Shown here: positions 47,444 through 52,522 of the stretch, one piece after another | Layout: each line of letters begins with the position of its first letter | Numbering within the stretch: position 1 is the stretch's first letter | Source of the DNA: Verrucomicrobiaceae bacterium | GTDB taxonomy: Bacteria; Verrucomicrobiota; Verrucomicrobiia; Verrucomicrobiales; Verrucomicrobiaceae | NCBI GenBank assembly: GCA_031411715.1 | Contig: JANOBP010000515.1 | Span: 1-52,522, forward strand | DNA length: 52,522 nt | Reading direction: 5' to 3' | Notes under the pieces: model-generated | Told to the model about the DNA's origin: nothing | Seen by the model: only the letters and a program-made list of their open reading frames with translations | Database searches by the model: none | Made by a program: the position numbers and the translations under genes

Positions 47444-48637
47444 ATGCTGCGCAACACCCTTATTCTCGTTTCCCTTCTATTCAGTATCGCTCACGCCGAG
47501 CCCACGAAAGTCCGCCTCTGGCCGGAAGGCGCTCCCGGTGCCAAGGGGGATACCGACAAGGACCAGCCATTCATCAATGTCTGGCCTGCCGCGAAGGAGC
47601 AGGCCAACGGCGCAGCTTTCGTCGTGTGTCCCGGTGGCGGTTATGGTGGTCTCGCGGCCGATCACGAAGGCATCCAAGTGGCGAAATGGTTCAACGGCAT
47701 CGGCGTCTCCGCATTCGTGCTGCATTACCGCCTCGGCTCCGCTGGCTATCACTTCCCCACGCAGCTCATCGACGTGCAGCGCGCCATCCGGCATGTGCGG
47801 GCCAATGCCAAGCAGTATGGCATCGATCCACAGCGCATCGGCATCATCGGTTTCTCCGCTGGCGGACATCTCACCTCCATGGCAGCCACCATGTTCGATG
47901 AAAAGCCCGCCGGTGCCACGAACGACGCCATCGACCAAGTCAGCGCGCGTCCTGATGTCGCCGCGCCGACTTATCCGGTCATTTCGATGATTCAGGACTT
48001 TGGGCACAAAGGCTCACGTAAAAATCTACTCGGCCCCAATGACAGCGACGAGTTGGCGAAGCACGTCAGCACCGAAACGAGAGTCACCGCCAACACGCCG
48101 CCCATTTTTATCTTCCAGACGGATGAAGACACCGTCGTCCCTGCCGAGAACGCCGTGGCCTTCTATCTCGCCTGTCGCAAAAACAAAGTGCCCGCTGAGT
48201 TGCACATCTACCGACCCGGTCCACACGGTGTCGGTTTATTTCTCGGTGACCCCGTGCTTGGCACCTGGAGCGCACATCTGCATGACTGGCTGCGCAATCA
48301 GGGTTTCCTCAAGCCCATGAAGCGCACCGCCATCAACGGCAGCCTCAACATCAACGGCAAGCCTGTGAGTTGGGGCAGTGTCATCTTCAATCCCGAGGAT
48401 GCATCTGCGCCCGTCGCGTGCGCCCGCGTGATGGGCGGCAAGTTTAAGCTCGACGAAAAAACTGGGCCCGTGGTCGGTAAATCAAAGCTCACCATCAGCT
48501 ACAGCGCCGCCGATGTGCCCGGCCTTGAAACGGCCAATGGCACGGTCACAACCAAAGAACAAAAGACCGGCTCAGGTGATTGGAGCATCGAGATCGTTGA
48601 GAATACAAAGGATCTCAAGCTCGAGGCCACTCGGTAG
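47444..48637 (+). CDS. Secreted alpha/beta-hydrolase (carbohydrate esterase-like) with an extra C-terminal beta-sandwich domain
   Basis: Signal peptide from ATG 47444; VCPGGGY, DVQRAIR, IGIIGFSAGGHL nucleophile, QTDEDTVV, GPHGVG; extra ~105 aa INGSLNINGKPVSWGSVIFNP...GKFKL..GPVVG. Confidence 0.9.
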   Translation: MLRNTLILVSLLFSIAHAEPTKVRLWPEGAPGAKGDTDKDQPFINVWPAAKEQANGAAFVVCPGGGYGGLAADHEGIQVAKWFNGIGVSAFVLHYRLGSAGYHFPTQLIDVQRAIRHVRANAKQYGIDPQRIGIIGFSAGGHLTSMAATMFDEKPAGATNDAIDQVSARPDVAAPTYPVISMIQDFGHKGSRKNLLGPNDSDELAKHVSTETRVTANTPPIFIFQTDEDTVVPAENAVAFYLACRKNKVPAELHIYRPGPHGVGLFLGDPVLGTWSAHLHDWLRNQGFLKPMKRTAINGSLNINGKPVSWGSVIFNPEDASAPVACARVMGGKFKLDEKTGPVVGKSKLTISYSAADVPGLETANGTVTTKEQKTGSGDWSIEIVENTKDLKLEATR

Positions 48638-48641
48638 CTCG

Positions 48642-49889
48642 CTACGACTTCAACGCTTCTTCGCGTGGTCGAATCATCAGCACGAGGAAGACGGAGGCGA
48701 TGCAGAAGCTCGCAAAGATGCCGAAAGTGATGTTCAGCGGCACTTTGTGGTCGTTCAGGATGCCGAAGACCCAGTCGGCGACTCCACCACTGCTCATGCT
48801 CACAAAGTTCATGATGCCATAACCGGTCGCACGTAGCTCGGGGCGGGTGATTTGAGAAAGGATGGGCATGTTGTTACCATCAAAGAAACCCCAGCCGATG
48901 CCGAAGAGAATCAATGAACCGATGGCTAGTGCGAAGGAATGCATGGCCGGCGCATTGCCGACACCGAACAAGGCAGGAACGATGAGCGTCATGCCAATCG
49001 CACTGACATGAATGCGGCCGCGTTGCGTCTTCCGCATCCAGCGATCTGCCAGCAAACCTCCGGCCAAGGCGGAGACCACTGCAGCCGCCTGCCAGTAGAG
49101 TGCGGCCGACACACCGGCCTTTCCTTGGCTGATGTCGAACTCCTTTTGCAAAATGGCGGGCATCCAGTCGCGCACGACCCACGCGGCGACGGCTGGTAGC
49201 GTGAAGTAAAGCACCAGTAGAATGAAGGATCGATTGGTGAACAATTCTCGCGATGCCATGAGCACGGATGGCTTATCGGAAGGTGCCGAGCTTGCCACAC
49301 GAGGCACATCTTTGATCAGTAGAAGCAGCGGCACGGCGTATAGGATGCCAGCGAGCCCTGTGTAATCAAAAGCACCTCGCCAACCGAAATCCGGCCACTC
49401 ATTCACATAACCTGCAAAACCACCCAGCATCACGCCGCAATAGATGCCAGTCTGGTGAATACCCACTGCGCGTGAACGTGTGTCGCCCGTGTGATAATCG
49501 GCGATCAACGCCAACGCGGCTGGAATGTAGAACGCCTCACTGATGCCCATCGCTGTGCGTGCCCAGAGCAGCTCATGATAGTCGCTGACATGGCCCGTGA
49601 GATAGGTGATAGCCGACCAGACGATCAAACTACCGCAGATGGCATACTTTCGACTGAAGCGATCCGCGATGTAGCCGCCGATGGGGCTGAAAAAAGCATA
49701 GACCCATTTGAACTGGCCCAACATGTAACCCCAGTTTGCTTCACTGCCGATGCTGGTGATTTCCGTCATCACCGAAACCTTCATTGAGGCGATCATCTGC
49801 CGATCCAGGTAGTTCAGAAGCGCCACGGGAAAGAGCAGCGCGACGATGGTCCAGGCGAGGCGGCCGGGGGATGAGTTGGTTGGATTCAT
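48642..49889 (-). CDS. MFS transporter (hexuronate/ACS-like)
   Basis: LLNYLDRQ, GGYIADRFSRK, RTAMGISEAFYIPAALALIADYH, GGLLADRW, multiple TM helices. Confidence 0.93.
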   Translation of the reverse strand: MNPTNSSPGRLAWTIVALLFPVALLNYLDRQMIASMKVSVMTEITSIGSEANWGYMLGQFKWVYAFFSPIGGYIADRFSRKYAICGSLIVWSAITYLTGHVSDYHELLWARTAMGISEAFYIPAALALIADYHTGDTRSRAVGIHQTGIYCGVMLGGFAGYVNEWPDFGWRGAFDYTGLAGILYAVPLLLLIKDVPRVASSAPSDKPSVLMASRELFTNRSFILLVLYFTLPAVAAWVVRDWMPAILQKEFDISQGKAGVSAALYWQAAAVVSALAGGLLADRWMRKTQRGRIHVSAIGMTLIVPALFGVGNAPAMHSFALAIGSLILFGIGWGFFDGNNMPILSQITRPELRATGYGIMNFVSMSSGGVADWVFGILNDHKVPLNITFGIFASFCIASVFLVLMIRPREEALKS

Positions 49890-50004
49890 ATCGGGCCCGA
49901 GTGGAGCGTATCACGATGAAATGAGCAACACAGAAGCCATGCACGCTTTTGCCACTGCGATGACGATGCTTGATCCGTAGCCATCCTTCGTCGAAAAGCA
50001 CTTC

Positions 50005-51276
50005 ATGAAGCTCTTACTCTTCCTTTGCCTCGTTTCCATGCTCGCAGCCGCTGAAAGCGACTATCCGCTCGTTCCAGCTCAAGAATGCCGTCCGCGCATG
50101 GGATTGCCCCATTTCTTCGCCAAAGCCAAAACGCCCGGCGCAGAGGTCAAAATCGGCTATCTCGGCGGTTCCATCACCGCGCAGCCCGGTTGGAGGCCGA
50201 AGACGCTCGCGCATTTTCAGAAGACGTGGCCTCAAGCCAAGTTCAGCGAGATCAATGCCGCTATCGGCGGCACCGGCTCGGATCTCGGTGTCTTCCGCCT
50301 GAAGCAAGACGTGCTCGATCACAAGCCGGACCTGCTCTTCGTCGAATTTGCCGTGAACGACGGCGGCGCATCGCCAGAGCAGATTCACCGCTGCATGGAA
50401 GGCATTGTGCGCCAAACGTGGCGCGCGCTTCCTGAATGCGACATCTGCTTTGTCTATACGCTGACAGAGGCACTCTCGCCCGCGATGCTTGACGGCAAGT
50501 TCCAACGCAGCGCCAGCGCCATGGAAAAGATCGCCGACCACTACGGTATTCCGACCATCCACATGGCCATGGAAGTCGCGAAGCTCGCTAAAGAAGGCAA
50601 GCTCGTATGGAAGGCCAAGTTGCCAAAGACTGACGAGGAAAAGAAGGCGCTGGGCGACAAATTTGTCTTCGCACCTGACAGTGTGCATCCGCACGTCGAA
50701 ACCGGTCACGAGTTGTATCTTCAGGCCATCGTTCGCTCGCTCGCGCCAATCGAATCCGCTTCCAAAACCACCGGCGCTCACGCATTGGCCGCGCCTTTCA
50801 TCGCTACAAATTACGAGCAGGCCAAACTCGTGCCCATTACTGCCGCCACGCTCTCCAGCGGCGTGCAACCGGCTCCCGAGGACTTTGCGAAGCGCTGGAG
50901 CAACCGCATGAGTGCTCTCCACAAAGCCTCCAAGCCCGGCGAAACCATCAGCTTCAAGTTCAAAGGCACGCGCTGCTCCATCTACGACATCATTGGCCCT
51001 GACTGCGGGCAAGTGATCGTCACCGTCGATGACCAGCCCGCCAAGATTGTCCCGCGCTTTGACGCTTACTGCACCTACCACCGCCTCGCCACGCTCAGCC
51101 TCGGCAGCGAGCTGCCTGACACGGTTCACAGCGTCAAAATCGAGATCCATCCCGCCCAGCCGGACAAAGCCACGATCCTCGCTAAAAACGGCAACAAGAT
51201 CGATAAGCCCGAGCGCTTCAACGACACCGCGTTTTATCCCGGTGCGATCCTTCTAGTTGGCGAGATCGTGAAGTGA
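50005..51276 (+). CDS. Secreted SGNH/GDSL hydrolase
   Basis: Signal peptide; GYLGGSIT (block I), NAAIGGTGS (II), FVEFAVND (III), PDSVHP (V). Confidence 0.92.
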   Translation: MKLLLFLCLVSMLAAAESDYPLVPAQECRPRMGLPHFFAKAKTPGAEVKIGYLGGSITAQPGWRPKTLAHFQKTWPQAKFSEINAAIGGTGSDLGVFRLKQDVLDHKPDLLFVEFAVNDGGASPEQIHRCMEGIVRQTWRALPECDICFVYTLTEALSPAMLDGKFQRSASAMEKIADHYGIPTIHMAMEVAKLAKEGKLVWKAKLPKTDEEKKALGDKFVFAPDSVHPHVETGHELYLQAIVRSLAPIESASKTTGAHALAAPFIATNYEQAKLVPITAATLSSGVQPAPEDFAKRWSNRMSALHKASKPGETISFKFKGTRCSIYDIIGPDCGQVIVTVDDQPAKIVPRFDAYCTYHRLATLSLGSELPDTVHSVKIEIHPAQPDKATILAKNGNKIDKPERFNDTAFYPGAILLVGEIVK

Positions 51277-51344
51277 GGGCTGTGGATGGGTTTGTGAAAA
51301 ACTTCCGCTGGTCATGAATCGTGCGGTCAGTTAAATTCCGTCTC

Positions 51345-51581
51345 ATGGAACGCACTATCATCAGCACGGAGGAACTCCTCCACACCAACCCTAAACTCAA
51401 AGTATTGTGGGAGAAGGACCATCAAATCCGCTTGAAGCAGCCCTTGCGCACCTCCGAGGAGGCTATGGCGCAAGCCCTGGAACAAAAGAGAGTGGCTGGT
51501 TTACGCGCCTCGAGTTTGAGGAGCATGAACTCCTCAACTGGGCCCGCGAGTCTGGCATCCTTGGTGGCGAGCATGAGCTGA
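51345..51581 (+). CDS. Small hypothetical ORF overlapping the kinase gene in another frame
   Basis: ATG at 51345; helical-looking MERTIISTEELL...PLRTSEEAMAQALEQKR; overlaps the next ORF by 175 nt. Confidence 0.4.
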   Translation: MERTIISTEELLHTNPKLKVLWEKDHQIRLKQPLRTSEEAMAQALEQKRVAGLRASSLRSMNSSTGPASLASLVASMS

Positions 51582-52105
51582 TGCCGGTTACAGATGCCGA
51601 CGGTCAGGAGCATCGTGTCCGATTTGATGATTCGAGCGGCAGGTGGTTCAAAGCAACGCACCCAGAGACCTACGGCGGCGCGCCTCAGATCAGTTACGAT
51701 CTTGATCCGGTGACGGATCGCCCGGCGCAGCGGCTGGTGATGGGCAAAGGCACGCCGATGCAATACCTGGAGCGCTGGAGTCTCTTCAACGCGGTGTTTG
51801 GTGACGAAGTGCGGCTGGAGCGTGTGCTGGCAGTGGGTTACGGCCTGTCGATCCTGATTTCGCAGCGTGACATCACGGGCGATGCGCCGGAGCTGCGCGA
51901 GATCGAGGATTTTTTCCGACAGCGTGGATTCGAGCCAGTTCCGTCTTCTCAAGATGCTTTTTACCGGGCAACGGATGATGTGCTGGCGCTGGACGCGCAT
52001 CAGGCCAATCTCGTGCGCACGGCCGATGGCTTGGTGCCCATCGACATCCCGGTGTTTCGACCGGATACCGACATCGCCAAATGGCTGCGGCGGGTGGGTT
52101 TGTGA
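51407..52105 (+). CDS. Putative polyvalent-protein-type kinase domain (Kinase-PolyVal-like)
   Basis: GQEHRV..WFK, TPMQYLERW.LFN.VFGD, ILISQ..ITG, EI..FF..RGF, DAHQANL...VPID; GTG start, with an in-frame TAA at 51392 blocking extension. Confidence 0.75.
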   Translation: MGEGPSNPLEAALAHLRGGYGASPGTKESGWFTRLEFEEHELLNWARESGILGGEHELMPVTDADGQEHRVRFDDSSGRWFKATHPETYGGAPQISYDLDPVTDRPAQRLVMGKGTPMQYLERWSLFNAVFGDEVRLERVLAVGYGLSILISQRDITGDAPELREIEDFFRQRGFEPVPSSQDAFYRATDDVLALDAHQANLVRTADGLVPIDIPVFRPDTDIAKWLRRVGL

Positions 52106-52164
52106 CATGGCATTTTGAATTCACGGTGGCAATTCTTCGCATCCGACTGCGTAATCATGGCCGC

Positions 52165-52522
52165 ATGCGCACGCTCTTCTGCCTTCTTCTTTTCACTCTC
52201 TCCATTCACGCCGAGCCGGAGACCGTCATGGTGACGATGCGGGATGGTGTGAAATTGGCGACGGACATTTATCGGCCCGCTGGAGAGGCAGGGAAGCTGC
52301 CGGTAATCCTGACGCGCACGCCTTACAACAAGGGGGGCGCGAAGAAGCATGGTGAATATTTCACGCAGCATGGCTACATTTTCATCGCGCAGGACACTCG
52401 TGGTCGCTACGGCAGTGAAGGCGTGTGGCACTGGATGACAGACGACGCGCCGGACGGTGTGGACTGTGCCAAGTGGATCATCTCACAACCATGGAGTGAT
52501 GGGCAGATCGGCATGATCGGCA
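52165..52522 (+). CDS. CocE/NonD-family hydrolase, truncated by the window edge
   Basis: Hand translation MRTLFCLLLFTLSIHA..VTMRDGVKLATDIYRP..LPVILTRTPY..QDTRGRYGSEG..DGVDCAKWIISQPWSDGQIGMIG. Confidence 0.93.
   Translation, partial: MRTLFCLLLFTLSIHAEPETVMVTMRDGVKLATDIYRPAGEAGKLPVILTRTPYNKGGAKKHGEYFTQHGYIFIAQDTRGRYGSEGVWHWMTDDAPDGVDCAKWIISQPWSDGQIGMIG

Noticed and set aside
50014-51150. 378 aa minus-strand ORF opposite the SGNH hydrolase
   Set aside because: Mirror-frame shadow with no family features.

Overview
High-GC bacterial chromosome segment, most likely from Verrucomicrobiota (Prosthecobacter-like). This is inferred from the L33 type, an Amuc_1098-like secretin fragment and a lineage-typical C-terminal domain. 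From left to right it carries: groEL; two giant secreted metzincin proteases (M11/M6-like and astacin) that share a C-terminal domain and flank a NYN nuclease gene; an accessory patch (small membrane ORF, beta-helix glycan enzyme, nested repeats, Imm51-like orphan); a beta-CASP nuclease divergent from a SWIM-SNF2 ATPase; an Rpn/DUF2887 nuclease; a GlcD-like oxidase; DUF4282; a dksA-rpmG-rpsR-folE2-sua5 cluster whose first four members lack canonical zinc ligands; and higBA. Next is a 12 kb, translationally coupled operon of three giant paralogous exported, membrane-anchored proteins of unknown function (28882-41007), the best candidate for an undescribed system. All three share a scaffold, and the same internal slot is nearly empty in A, holds the N-terminal domains of a secretin in B, and holds autotransporter-type repeats in C. 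The signal peptides of B and C are encoded by a heptamer DNA repeat, and C also carries an in-frame REP-like pair. The window ends with carbohydrate-related genes, Uma2, a polyvalent-type kinase overlapped by a small ORF, and a truncated CocE/NonD hydrolase. No rRNA, tRNA, CRISPR array or intact transposase was seen. All family calls are by-eye motif recognition, not database searches.
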